Assembly (NCBI RefSeq): GCF_035084215.1
Contig: NC_090334.1
Location: 70,990,001 to 71,054,000 of the forward strand
Length of the DNA stretch: 64,000 bases
Direction: 5' to 3'
Source of the DNA: Heptranchias perlo
Taxonomy: Eukaryota
Shown: positions 36,337 to 49,800 of the stretch, in pieces
Layout: each line of letters starts with the position of its first letter
Numbering within the stretch: the first letter of the stretch is position 1
The notes under the pieces: model-generated
Databases searched by the model: none
The model's input: only the letters and a program-made list of their open reading frames with translations
Told to the model about the DNA's origin: nothing
Made by a program: the position numbers and the translations under genes

Positions 36337-36373
36337 TCACCTGATGAAGGAGAAAGCCTCCGAAAGCTTGTGA
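36337..36373 (+). ncRNA. Minimal type I hammerhead ribozyme (Penelope terminal repeat)
   Basis: TCAC CTGATGA A GGAG AAAGC CTCC GAAAGCTT GTGA. The core is intact, and stem II differs from the 14926 copy but still pairs. Confidence 0.78.
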
Positions 36374-38335
36374 TTTTCAAATAAAACTGTTGGACTATAA
36401 CCTGGTGTTGTAAGATTCCTTACATTACTAAAATGGGTGCATAGGTGACATTCATCCTGATTCCCGAAAACTCCTTCCTCATTTGCTTTCAGATCATTTG
36501 GATCTCTGTTTCTCTGTAAGTATTTTGTGCACTCCCGGCCTGTATTGATCCCACTATATATTATATCTAGTATTGATATGTTTATTTGGATAGCTAATGG
36601 GTGATTCAGAAGCATTAAAGCAGATGCATTACGATAGGCTTCTCAGTGGTAACCCCACTAACCTTCAAAAAAATCAGAAGTGGAATTGTATGTTCCTAAA
36701 TGTGTTTAAAACTAAAGGGAGAAAAAAATAACTTTTATTTAAAACACAGTGTGCTAAGAGGGGCAACAAAGAGAAACTTCATTCTGCTGCTGACTGTGCT
36801 GTACATGGCCTGGGTGCACTTGATGCTGATGCCAGTTGCCTGAAATGGGAAGTGTGTTATCCTTGAGCACTAATGTCCTCACCTTGAGTACAAAACTTAC
36901 CTTGAGAGTAACGTTCTCCCCTCCCCCAAAATGCCATTGCCTCTTGAAGAAAAGAAAGTACCGAGGAAAAAGGAAGTTGCGTCATTTAACTGACGCCAGA
37001 AATACCAGTATTACCTTCCCGCAAAAGTCTCCTGAAATGAAAAAAATTATATGCATACAGCATGGGAAGAAAGGAAAGTTTAAAAGAGAGAACAAAATGC
37101 GAGTGAGAGATAGATTTGCAGAGGTCCTCAGTATCCCATTAACAGCTCTTTCAGGCTGCATTCATTTTAAAACTGGAACATTACAGGCAATGTGGAATAG
37201 AACAGGAAGGATACACACATCGTCCATGAGAATATCACCAGATTAACATGTGGCCTACTCTAAAAGAAGCACTAGAGGGTTATTGACGTATATCAGTCTC
37301 AATCGGGTGTAACGATTGCGCTTCTTCGCTATTTAACAACATATGAGAACATAATATCATCACCTTTCAACGTGTCTGAACTTTACTTGGTGTGTTTTCA
37401 GTTTTGTGGGCAGGTTGAAAAACCTACAGGAAAACCAGTAAGAAAATATTAGGAAAAGTGTGTAATCTACAGGAAATGTCAGATCATGACTTAGGTAAAC
37501 GAACACCTCCGGTTAGAATTGGCAGGATGTTTTTTTTTACTACCGAGCACGAATATTTTTGTGCTATAGATGTTTGTCCACTGAAAGCAAAGTAAGAAGG
37601 TACAGTAGGAAAAAATGGGTGCATACAGCAAATTTGTCAAAACTTTCACTTGTAACTTTTTACTGTTATTGAGCCACTTTACTGAAGATGGATTGAGGCA
37701 TCAAACTACTTACAGTCTGTCCGAGAGAGAAAACTTTTACTCCACCTCTCTGGGCTAAATTTGAAGATAAACCCAAGGAGCTGAAAAGGAGGGATTGTGT
37801 TGTTATTGAGGCATTTTTGTCCCTCTTCCTCTCGAGTTTATTCAGGTATGACTCAGGCATCTCCAATTCTACTCCAAAACCAGCTAGTAGGGTGAACATG
37901 AGAACAGTCCAAGTTTGCTTTCCTTCCAATTTTCCTCCTCTCTTTCTGCAGGAAAGCATTCAGTGATTTAGCACAACAACATTCTGGGATTGGGAACTCA
38001 GTGTGGACAATTGTGGGTGTAAACATGCTTTCCTGTCACGTCAATGTGGCTTATATACTCTACTACCATGCTGCCCTGAAAGAACATCATTCTAATGACG
38101 TGTGTCATTGATATTGTTCAGAAAGAGCAGATCTCCACCCCTTCTAACTTGTGAGGAACAGAATCTGGTTTTGTACAGATTGAACAGTTTACTTTTCACT
38201 TGTCTTTGCCATGCATGGTAGCACTTCTCCCTTGCATCCAATTTGCCGTCTTTGGTTTGAAAGGTAGGATTGCCCTGTGCTCAGTGGCATTTCATTGTCA
38301 GAGATATTCCGTGGTCGCTCTCCAGGATCTATTCC

Positions 38336-39440
38336 TTTTTTTTTTATTCGTTCATGGGATGTGGGCATCGCTGGTAAGGCTGGCATTTATTGCCCATCAC
38401 TAATTGCCCTTGAGAAGGTGGAGGTGAGCCGCCTTCTTGAACCGCTGCAGTCCGTGTGGTGAAGGTTCTCCCACAGTGCTGTGAGGAAGGGAGTTCCAGG
38501 ATTTTGACCCAGTGACGATGAAGGAAAGGCGATATATTTCCAAGTCGGGATGGTGTGTGACTTGGAGGGGAACGTGCAGGTGGTGTTGTTCCCATGTACC
38601 TGCTGCTCTTGTCCTTCTAGGAGGTAGAGGTCATGGGTTTGGGAGGTGCTGTCGAAGAAGCCTTGGCGAGTTGCTGCAGTGCATCCTGTGGATGGTACAC
38701 ACTGCAGCCACTGTGCGCCGGTGGTGAAGGGAGTGAATGTTTATGGCGGTGGATGGGATGCCAATCAAGCGGGCTGCTTTGTCCTGGATGGTGTCAAGCT
38801 TCTTGAGTGTTGTTGGAGCTGCACTCATCCAGGCAAGTGGAGAGTATTCCATCACACTCCTGACTTGTGCCTTGTAGATGGTGGAAAGGCTTTGGGGAGT
38901 CAGGAGGTGAGTCACTTGCCGCAGAATACCCAGCCTCTGACCTGCTCTTGTAGCCACAGTATTTATATGGCTGGTCCAGTTAAGTTTCTGGTCAATGGTG
39001 ACCCCAGGATGTTGAGGGTGGGGGATTTGGCGATGGTAATGCCGTTGAATGTCAAGGGGAGGTGGCTAGACTCTCTCTTGTTGGAGATGGTCATTGCCTG
39101 GGACTTATCTGGCGCGAATATTACTTGCCACTTATGAGCCGGTCTTGCTGCATGCGGGCTCGGACTGCTTCATTATTTGAGGGGTTGCGAATGGAACTGA
39201 ACACTGTGCAATCATCAGCGAACATCCCCATTTCTGACCTTATGATGGAGGGAAGGTCATTGATGAAGCAGCTGAAGATGGTTGGGCCTAGGACACTGCC
39301 CTGAGGAACTCCTGCAGCAATGCCCTGGGGCTGAGATGATTGGCCTGCAATAACCACTACCATCTTCCTTTGTGCTAGGTATGACTCCAGCCACTGGAGA
39401 GTTTTCCCCCTGATTCCCATTGACTTCAATTTTACTAGCA
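38336..39440 (-). mobile_element. 5'-truncated LINE family B
   Basis: GVPQGSVLGP...MFADDC...RSVMEYSPL; tail plus A-tract. Confidence 0.9.
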
Positions 39441-40349
39441 ATAGAAGGAGTTTCAGACTAATTTTACTTTGCTTACTCCAGAGACCAAGTCAAGACCAAC
39501 AAAGCTTGCCCTGTAGAGGAAGTCTCCATGTGGATGATGGTCAAAAGTAGGAATCACATTCAATCCTCCTAACTGAGAATGCCAAACTCTCAGTGTAGTA
39601 CAGTCTAAGCTTCCTGTAATTATTGGACATTTTTTGACTGATCCTGTTTGCGTTGCTCTGGTACTATTACACTGTGGAAAAAATGCTATTTATACTTCAT
39701 GACTATTCTCATTTATGGGGCTGCCCATTGTACAAATCACTAACTGGACGGATATTGACCAATACAGACCTTTTATACCATGGAAATGGGCATTTGTTAA
39801 TCATTTGTTGTTTCTCCCTCCCTGCCATCCCTCAATTATGTAGAACAACCCAATCTGTGAAGCAATAACGTTCTTTTATTGTATTCTCAAGTGCTGAAAT
39901 TGTGTCTGATGACTGCCACAATTCTAATTTTGACACCAATTATAAGGCATCTTGTCCCATTGGAAATTAAAGAGGCGCTTGCCAAATTGGCTCCATGCCT
40001 CTAAAACATTTCTTCCAATTCTGTGTGCTTTTATTATGTGGGATAGTGTCCTTTTTTAAAATCACATAACAACCAGATGCAACAGGATACAACTGTAACA
40101 AGAACATGAATTTGACCCTTGTGGCAGCACAGATAAACTGGGAGAAGTTAGACTGGGCTCTTAACAGAAAAGTCGGTGATTTCCCATAGTCTAATATATG
40201 CTGCGGAAATCCTGGTTTAGCAATTGATATTTAACTCTGTATTTGAACTTCAGTGTCCGAAGTACAGAGATCCAGAGGATAAAGCTATCTTGAGAAGGTT
40301 CACACGCAGAATATGCAGTGTGTGAAGTTTGGGAAGCTTTGCTGTCGAT

Positions 40350-41025
40350 AGGGTTTGAAGATGGCAGGACAAGTTGATAAAAATGTTGAAAAAGAACACG
40401 GGATCCTTGGCTTTATAAATAGAAGCATAGAGTACAAAAGCGAGGAAGTCACGGTAAATCTTTATAAAACGCTGGTTAGACCTCAGCTTGTTTCCAATTC
40501 TGGGCACCACATTTTAGGAAGGATGTCAAGGCCTCGGAGAGGGTACAGAGGAGATTTACCAGAATGGTACCAGGAATGAGGGAATTCAGTTATGTGGAGA
40601 GACTAGAGATGCTGGGATTGTTCTCCTTAGAGCAAAGAAGGTTCAGGGGCGATTTAATAGAGGTGTTCAAAATTATGAGAGATTTTGGTAGGATAGGGAG
40701 AAACTGTTTCCACTGGCAGGAGGGTTGGTAACCAGAGGACACAGATTTAAGATAATGGGCAAAAAAGCCAGGGGAGAGATGGGGAATTTTTTCATTCAGT
40801 GAGTTGTTATGATCTGGAATGCATTGTCTGAAAGGGTGGTGGAAGCAGATTCAATAGTAACTTTCAAAAGGGAATTGGATAAATACTTAAAAAGGAAAAA
40901 CTCGCAGGACCACGGGGAAAGTGTAGGGGAGTGGGGCTAATTGGATAGCTCTTCCAAAGAGCCGGCACAGGAAAAATGGGCCGAATGGCCTCCTTCTGTG
41001 TTGTGTGATTCTATGATTCCATGAT
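40350..41025 (+). mobile_element. CR1 3' portion
   Basis: GILGFINRSIEYKS...LYKTLVRPQL; 3' UTR with GATTCTAT tail. Confidence 0.85.
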
Positions 41026-41255
41026 ATTACATGCTGAATTTAATGTTGAGATCCAGTTCCTTAGTTATGCTATAGTACTATATTATTGAGGATGATAAAT
41101 AATGTTCTGCACAAATGGCTCAATTGCAGCGAGTAATAGCTCAACTCTGACAGTCCTGAAGATAACAGTCACAGAGCCACTAACCATAGCACCAAATGTT
41201 TGGGATCCTTAGGTGGAAGGGGTTCGACTAAGAAGCTATCTTCTGTGCAGCGGCT

Positions 41256-41630
41256 GGGATATGGTAGCACAGTAGTTATATTACTGGACTAGTAATCCAG
41301 AGAATGTAAATTCAAATCCCACCGTGACAGTTTGAGAATTTGAATTCAATTTTTAAAAAAAGTCTGGAAAAAGAAAGCTGGTATTAGGAAAAGTGATCAC
41401 GAAGCTGTTGGATTATCGTAAAAGCCCAACTGGTTCACTAATGTCCTTTAGGGAAGGAAACCTGCCGTCCTTACCTGGTCTGACCCATATGTGATTCCAG
41501 TTTCACACTAATGTGGTTGACTCTTAACTGCCCTGTGAAGTGGCCTAGCAAGCCACTCAGTAGTATCAAATCGCTAGAAAGGAACAAAGGAATAAAACCA
41601 GACGGACCACTCGGCTGCGACCTAGACACC
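41256..41630 (+). mobile_element. 5' fragment (tRNA-like head plus 5' UTR) of a family B-related element
   Basis: A-box-like TAGCACAGTAG and B-box-like ATTCAAATCC; collinear with the reverse complement of 49750-50108 up to AATAAAACCAGACGGACCAC. Confidence 0.75.
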
Positions 41631-44600
41631 TTAAAAATGTAGTATTTTGAAACAAGTAAATCTTTAAAGTATAATTGAGTCTTGCCGTAAACTACAGTGC
41701 CCAAGGAAAGCCTTGTTTGGGGCTATAGAGCTATCAGCACTGGCTCAGAAATGAACTATGTGACCCTTTTGCTTTGCTTCAAATTATGCACAGTATTTTA
41801 CTCTTTAATGCCTTTCCTTGCACGGCAGAGATTTGGATTTGGAACACGATGCATGTCTCATTGGCTGATGTGTATCTAGTTCAGTACTACCAATTCCAGT
41901 AACCTTGTCACTTCATGTTTGATACCCGTTGAAGAGGAGTGGTATCAAGGGAGTGGTCCATGAGCAACTTGTGTGGTTTTGATTCTGAGATGAAGAGGAA
42001 CTTGGCTCGGGAGCTAAGATTTTTCTGACTTCGGGCTGTTTCCAAATATCTTCTCTTTGGATCCTGGAGATAAGTCAGCCAACAATAATTTCTGTTGAAG
42101 CCAAAGCTGGCTCCATGGACTTGTGATTACCAACCTTGGTGGAAGCCTTCAGGAGGTCACTCGTCTGTAAGTCAGTTCAAGCTAGCTGAATTAGTGAACT
42201 CAGAACCAATTATCACATTATTATTGGCCAATTCAATCCATTTCACAACCAATTGCTAAAACATTTTGCTAGCTAAGACAAGGTAGAACTAACATCAAAA
42301 CAGAAAATGCTGGAAATTTATAGGAGGTTGGTTAGGATCTAAACAAGAAACTGAGGTAAATGTATCTGCGTTTCTCTTTCCGGTGTTAATTGACTGGAGG
42401 TGCATTTACAACATTTTATTTCAGATCGCCTTCATGTTTTATTTAATTTTTCTCCCTACGAGTTCAAACTAGTTCAGTGACTGCAGTCAGTCTAACTTTA
42501 AAAAAAAAATCTCCTTACCATCATGGCCATAGGGCATTTGCTGATGGGCAAACTTCAATCTGTTCTATCTGTTGTGGCAGCCTGATATTGTCGCAAGTCT
42601 GAGTAACAATGAATGGTGATACGACAGTGATAGCCTGTAGCTTCGATTCCTTCACATTGATGAGGCCCTGACCTTAACTGTGTCAATGGAGGTCAAGCAC
42701 GTTCGATAGAAAATAAGATAGATTCATCCCTGGAGCTCTCTTGTGCGTCTCTGATGAATCTCTTGAAGGAACACAGCTGCCTTACACTATGATGCTTTTC
42801 TTATGTGGGGTTTATCCTCCTAAAAAAGAAACCAATTGTTCTTGTGCTATATCTATGCATCAAGGATATGGATCATTTTGCATCACTTGCACAATGGAGA
42901 ATGTACAGAAGGGGCATTAGTACATTTAAGAAAATAAGAATCTTTTTCACAAACAACAAAAGGCCATTAAACCCAACAAATCTGTCCCTAGTACTTGAGG
43001 TAATCAGGAAAAAACTGCTGTCTATAAGGGGGTGGAGTGGAGGGAGAAGGTCCCATTCCATCCACAGCTTAAGTCCAGAAAATTTTGGACCTTTTGCTTT
43101 TAGATGCAAAACAATTAACTTTTTGTCGACAAAAATAAACAAGTATCTGCCAGAATGCTTGTCATCTGTAGCAAAATTTAGATAAAGGGTTTGTTTTTGA
43201 ATTTCGTTTTCTATTGGATTTGTGTTTTGCTGCAAAAATTACATGTCTGGAAACAGCAATATTGCATAATATTTGTAAGGGATTAAAAAAAAGTGGTTGT
43301 GACTTTCTGTAGCAGTGTATAAAATCAAAATTACTATACTGCAGTCCATCTTATTACTCCAAATAACACCAAACATATCCATGCTTACAGACTGTGTTCC
43401 TTTCCACTATAATAGCTCCTTACATGCTTTGCTCTCTCTGACGATCTTTCTTTTCTTGTCAGCTTCTTTCATCTAACACTAGCTCTGCTCATGTTTATTT
43501 TGCTCTTTAATTTGCAGTCTATCCCATTCCTCTTTTTACCTAGCAAGGTTCTGGTCATTCGCTGACCATGCTTAAAAATTTTATGTCACTAAGTGAGGAC
43601 TTCATTTTTCAGAATTACTTACAATCAATTCATTTTAAAAGTTTTCTTTTTCTTTGAAGACATTAGCAATTTTTAAAAAATGCTTTCACCTGAAAAAAAA
43701 GTGGTCTTTTAAATTTAAACCATGGCCCAGGGTGGAGATCTCCCAATGCACTGGGAGCTCCTTTCAGCCACAGCTTTCATGGGCCCAAATACCGGCTCAT
43801 AGCATCATTAATAATAACATTCTTAAGACCTGTTAGAAAACCCAGATGGTTGTTCACATGCCGGAGACTTGGCAATGACAGAAGGTGAAGTGTCAAGAGG
43901 CTCCATCGCTAACCATCGACACCTCATTGTCTGACTGTAGCAAATTGATAGGCGCAGCATCTGTACCGGCCAATAATAAAACTGTACATTGGGAAATTCT
44001 GGCCAGACTTTCTTTTAATCCTTCTCCAAATTCATGAGTTTGTTTGGCAGTCCATGGAAGCACAGGGAATGATTTCTTCTGCAAGGGTAGTGGTGGGGGG
44101 AGGGGGGTCAAATATGTAAACTACAACTATTGAATAAGCCTCGTGCGATTAACTCGCGTTTGAGGCAGAACTTAGAATAAATTCCACGTCCAACTTCCAA
44201 TCTATTTTTCCTTTCTTGAAGAGCATTTATACCAGGCGAGATTGCTTAAAAAAAGAGCTGGAATGGGATATTCCGGGACGTTAATGTGGTGCACTTCTCA
44301 TTGGAAATGCTGAGTGATTTGGCAATGTTAAGCACTTTGCAATAACCTGGCTACCCAAAAGGCACTGTCTAAAAGGAGGGAAATGGCTGATGGCACTACT
44401 GCCTTGCACATCTGGCTCCTCTGCAATGTATTGTAAGGCCTCCCTGCAGCCAACAGATTGGTTAAAAATATTCAATTCACAACTCTGTCTACTTTCAAAT
44501 GCAAAATGTTCACATGGAGCCATTATCAACTCTCTACATGGTCTCTTCCCATTTGAAGCAAGTGCTGAACCTAGGATTTTTTAAAAATGTAATCAACTGT

Positions 44601-44669
44601 AAGTGCCTTTGTGATTTAAAATAAGATTTATTTATTTATTTCCAAAGTAGGATAGCACAGATCACAAGA

Positions 44670-46000
44670 TCTTCAGCCCATCTTAATTGATCCACCCAAA
44701 ACAACCCTACACTCCCCCCATTGCTGCATCGAATTATTTTTTAGATGATTCCAGGGTTTTTGCCTCTGCTTGGAAGTGTCGATTAGTCTCCGTCTGAAAA
44801 AGAACCTCCTGATAACAGTCCTAAAGTTACTTTTTACTAGTTTGAACCTGTGTCCCCTTGTAATACCCCCGCTGTTTAAAGTAGTATTGTGGATTAACTT
44901 TTCCAAACCATTTACTATCTTATGAACTTGTAGAAGGTCATCTCTCAGATGTCTCATTTCCAGGCTTAAAAACCCAAATCTATTCAGTCTTTCCTCATTT
45001 TTTTTTTATTCGTTCACGGGATGTGGGCGTCGCTGGCGAGACCGGCATTTATTGCCCATCCCTAATTGCCCTCGAGAAGGTGGTGGTGAGCCGCCTTCTT
45101 GAACCGCTGCAGTCCGTGTGGTGAAGGTTCTCCCACAGTGCTGTTAGGAAGGGAGTTCCAGGATTTTGACCCAGCGACAATGAAGGAACGGTGATATATT
45201 TCCAAGTCGGGATGGTGTGTGACTCATAATGCAGACCCTAATGCTAGGAGTCTGTGTGCCTTCTCTGCACTGTGTTGAATTTCTCCCTTGTTTCTCGTTA
45301 ACCAGCTCTGTACATTTTGATCAAAACTCCCTTTGCCTTATATTCTACTGTTTTGGTGATGTAGTTTAACATTCTATTGGCTTTATTTATCATTGTTTTA
45401 CATTGGCTGGACGTGTTGAGTGTTGAGTTTACTAAGACTCTTAGGTCTCTTTCAACACCATTCATGATGTATGCACGTTGCCCATTTTTCCTTCCTATGT
45501 GCAATACTTGTCCGCATAAAATTTCATCTGCTACTTGGCCCATTCACATTTTGTTCAGCTCATTCTGTAATTTCTGAAATTTCATTTCTCTTTCAAGAGA
45601 ATGAAAAAGATTCATTCTCTTTCAATATGAAGTTGAAATAAGGCTAATAGGTCTGTAATGGCAATCTCTGTTTTGTCACCTTTCTTGAATGTGGGCATCT
45701 TTTTAGTCTGTTTCCAGTGTACTAGTACTTCCCAGTGTCCAGTGACTCCCTCATAATGATTGTCAGTGCCATCCAAATCTCCCCTATCTCAATACTCTGG
45801 ATAAATACCATCTACACTTGGGGATTTATTTGTTTTACGTCCTTTCAGCTTGTCTAGGACTTCCATCTCACTTTTATTGAAGTCTTGAATAATTCATTGG
45901 CAGTTTTTTTGGGGAGGTCATATTGTTCATATCCTCCCTTGTGAATACTTTGAGGAAGTAATCATTCAGAATATTTACTATCTTGCACTCCTCTTCAGTT
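44670..46000 (-). mobile_element. Old CR1 ORF2/3' remnant with a nested family B tail at 44999-45222
   Basis: TRGHRFKL, ERDLRVLV and KANRML motifs. The nested piece is flanked by CTCAT at 44994-44998 and 45223-45227. Confidence 0.7.
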
Positions 46001-46872
46001 TCAAGCTGATTTGCATCTGACCTGGTATTCTTTATCAAATCGTTCCATTTCTAAACCAGTGGTAGACACTGCTGGATCATCAGCTCGCAGCTGTTCAGAG
46101 ATATTTCCTTTAGTCTTCAACTGGCATGGATCCCTGTCCTTTTTCCCTATGTCTCTAACACTGAGGATACTCAACAGCAAGCTCCTATGCCTTGTCATGG
46201 CAAATTGTGCAGAAAATAATGGATTATTCACGGTCAAATGTCAAAATACATGAAAAGTCATAGACATATTTTGCAGTAACCAAGCTTATCTTTATTTTGA
46301 TCTACTTCTGCCTCTCCTCCACTTCTGTTTCTCTCCTCCATTTCTTTCCCTTCCCTCTTCTTATTCTGGTTTTACCTCTCAGCTGTCTGCGACTGCAGTT
46401 GTGGGCAGGAAGAGGCATAGGCTTTGGGACTGAGGTGAGCAGGTAATTTACAATCAGTGGTTTAAGGACTCAGATGGGTGAGTAAGTCAGAGGCAGCAAT
46501 ATTGGTAGCCAATGGGACTGGGGCTTGGAGGAAAGGGATGCTGGTAATGCTGTCATATCCTGTGGGGGCGTCTTAGAGACTCCCAGTTAGTGGCTGTCTG
46601 TGGTATCACATCTTTTGGGGTGCCAAGGGTCCCAGGTTCAGTGCCCCAGGCAAGCCTTTTCAGGGCCGAGTCAGTTGCTCCAGCATTGGCTTGCCCAAGC
46701 TGTATTGTCAACCCTCTCGCCTGCTACTAGCATAGAGCCACATATGAGTGAGGTTAGCACTATTAATGAATACAACTCACTTTGGAATATCCTGCTGGTG
46801 GATAATCAAATGGAATGAAATGCAGTGTTGCCAGCTCTCCCACTGGGAATGCACATGGCTGACATACATGCT

Positions 46873-49800
46873 TTTATTTAAATTCGTTCATGGGATGTGG
46901 GAGTCACAGGCGAGGCCGGCATTTATTGCCCATCCCTAATTGCCCTTGAGAAGGTGGTGGTGAGTCGCCTTCTTGAATTACTGCAGTCCGTGTGGTGAAG
47001 GTTCTCCCACAGTGCTGTTAGGAAGGGAGTTCCAGGATTTTGACCTAGCGACGATGAAGGAACGGCGATATATTTCCAAGTCAGGATGGTGTGTGACTTG
47101 GAGGGGAACGTGCAGGTGGTGGTGTTCCCATGTACCTGCTGCCCTTGTCCTTCTAGGTGGTAGAGGTTGTGGGTTTGGGAGGTGCTGTCGAAGAAGCCTT
47201 AGCAAGTTGCTGCAGTGCATCCTGTGGATGGTGCACACTGCAGCCACTGTGCGCCGGTGGTGGAGGCAGTGAATGTTTAGGGTGGTGGATGGGGTGCCAA
47301 TCAAGCGGGCTGCTTTGTCCTGGATGGTGTCGAGCTTCTTGAGTGTTGTTGGAGCTGCACTCATCCAGGCAAATGGAAAGTATTCCATCACACTCCTGAC
47401 TTGTGCCTTGCAGATGGTGGAAAGGCTTTGGGGAGTCAGGAGGTGAGTCACTCACCGCAGAATACCCAGCCTCTGACCTGCTCTTGTAGCCACAGTATTT
47501 ATGTGGCTGGTCCAGTTAAGTTTCTGGTCAATGGTGACCCCCCCAGGATGTTGATGGTGGGGGATTCGGCGATGGTAATGCCGTTGAATATCAAGGGGAG
47601 GTGGTTAGACTCTCTCTTGTTGGAGATGGTCATTGCCTGGCACTTGTGTAGCTTGAATGTTACTTGCCTGGATGTTGTCCAGGTCTTGCTGCATGCGGGC
47701 ACGGACTGCTTCATTATCTGAGAAGTTGCAAATGGAACTGAACACTGTGCAATCATCAGCGAACATCCCCATTTCTGACCTTATGATGGAGGGAAGGTCA
47801 TTGATGAAGCAGCTGAAGATGGTTGGGCCTAGGACACTGCCCTGAGGAACTCCTGCAGCAATGTTCTGGGGCTGAGATGATTGTTCTCCAACAACCACTA
47901 CCATCTTCCTTTGTGCTCGGTATGACTCCAGCCACTGGAGAGTATTCCCTCTGATTCCCATTGACTTCAATTTTACTAGGGCTCCTTGGTTCCACACTCG
48001 GTCAAATGCTGCCTTGATGTCAAGGGCAGTTACTCTCTTTTGTCCATGTTTGGACCAAGACTGTAATGAGGTCTGGAGCTGAGTGGTGCTGGAGGAACCC
48101 AAACTGAGCATCGGTGAGCAGGTTATTGGTGAGTAAGTGCCGCTTGATAGCACTGTCGACAACACCTTCCATCACTTTGCTGATAATTGAGAGTAGACTG
48201 ATGGGGCGGTAATTGGCTGGATTGGATTTGTCCTGCTTTTTGTGGACAGGACATACATGGGCAATTTTCCACATTGTTGGGTAGATGCCAGTGTTGTAGC
48301 TGTACTGGAACAGCTTGGCTAGAGGCGCAGCTAGTTCTGGAGCACAAGTCTTCATCACTACAGCCAGGATGTTGTCGGGACCCATAGCCTTTGCTGTATC
48401 CAGGGCACTCAGCTGTTTCTTGATATCACGTGGAGTGAATCGAATTGGCTGAAGACTGGCTTCTGTGATGGTGGGGATATCGGGAGGAGGCCGAGATGGA
48501 TCATCTACTCGACACTTCTGGCTGAAGATGGTTGCAAACACTTCAGCCTTGTCTTCTGCACTCACGTGCTGGACTCTGTCATCATTGAGGATGTGGATAT
48601 TTACAGAGCCTCCTCCTCCCGTTAGTTGTTTAATTGTCCACCACCATTCACGACTGGATGTGGCAGGACTGCAGAGCTTTGATTTGATGCATTGGTTGTG
48701 GAATCGCTTAGTTTTGTCTATAGCATGTTGCTTCCGCTGTTTAGCATGCATGCAGTCCTGTATTGTAGCTTCACCAGGTTGGCACCTCATTTTTAGGTAC
48801 ACCTGGTGCTGCTCCTGGCAAGCTCTTCTACACTCCTCATTGAACCAGGGTTGATCCCCTGGCTTGTTGGTAATGGTAGAGTGAGGAATATGCCAGGCCC
48901 ATGAGGTTACAGATTGTGGTGGAATACAATTCTGCTGCTGCTGATGGCCCACAGCACCTGATGGATGCCCAGTTTTGAGCTGCTAGATCTGTTCTGAATC
49001 TATCCCATTTAGCACGGTGGTAGTGCCACACAACACGTTGGATGGTGTCCTCAGTGCGAAGACGAGACTTCGTCTCCACGAGGACTATGCGGTGGTCACT
49101 CCTACCAATACTGTCATGGACAGATGCATCTGCAACAGGTAGATTGGTGAGGACGAGGTCAAGTACGTTTTTCCCTCGTGTTGGTTCGCTCACCACCTGC
49201 CGAAGGCCCAGTCTGGCAGCTATGTCCTTCAGGACTCGGCCAGCTCGGTCAGTCGTGGTGCTATCGAGCCACTCTTGGATGGACAATGAAGTCCCCCACC
49301 CAGAGTACATTCTGTGCCCTTGCTACCCTCAGTGCTTCCTCCAAGTGGTGCTCAACATGGAGGAGGACTGATTCATCAGCAGAGGGAGGGCGGTAGGTGG
49401 TAATCAGCAGGAGGTTTCCTTGCCCATGTTTGACCTGATGCCATGAGATTTCATAGGGTCCGGAGTCAATGTTGAGGACTCCCACGGCCACTCCCTCCTG
49501 ACTGTATATCACTGTACCGCCACCTCTGGTGGGTCTGTTCTGCCAGTGGGACAGGACATGCCCAGGGATGGTGATAGAGGTGTCTGGGATGTTGCCAAAC
49601 GGTATGATTCTGTGAGTGTGGCTATGTCAGGCTGTTGCTTGACTCGTCTGTGGAACAGCTCTCCCAATTTTGGCACAAGTCCCCAGATGTTCATGAGGAG
49701 GACTTTGCAGGGTTGACTGGGCTTGGTTTGCCTTTGTCGTGTCCGGTGCCTAGTGGTCCGTCCGGTTTTATTCTTATTATGACTTTTCGTAGCAAAATTT

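Larger units (their letters stand above)
34494..36426. mobile_element. Penelope-like element: inverted 5' segment (34494-34823, minus) and main body (34832-36426, plus)
   Basis: The minus arm duplicates ~35571-35900 in inverted orientation. The plus arm has RT, GIY-YIG, 3' UTR and a hammerhead. Confidence 0.9.

Noticed and set aside
37915-37960. Strong polypyrimidine/CAG splice acceptor (also one at ~24960-24990)
   Set aside because: No matching donor or coding exon could be established; such sites are common by chance.
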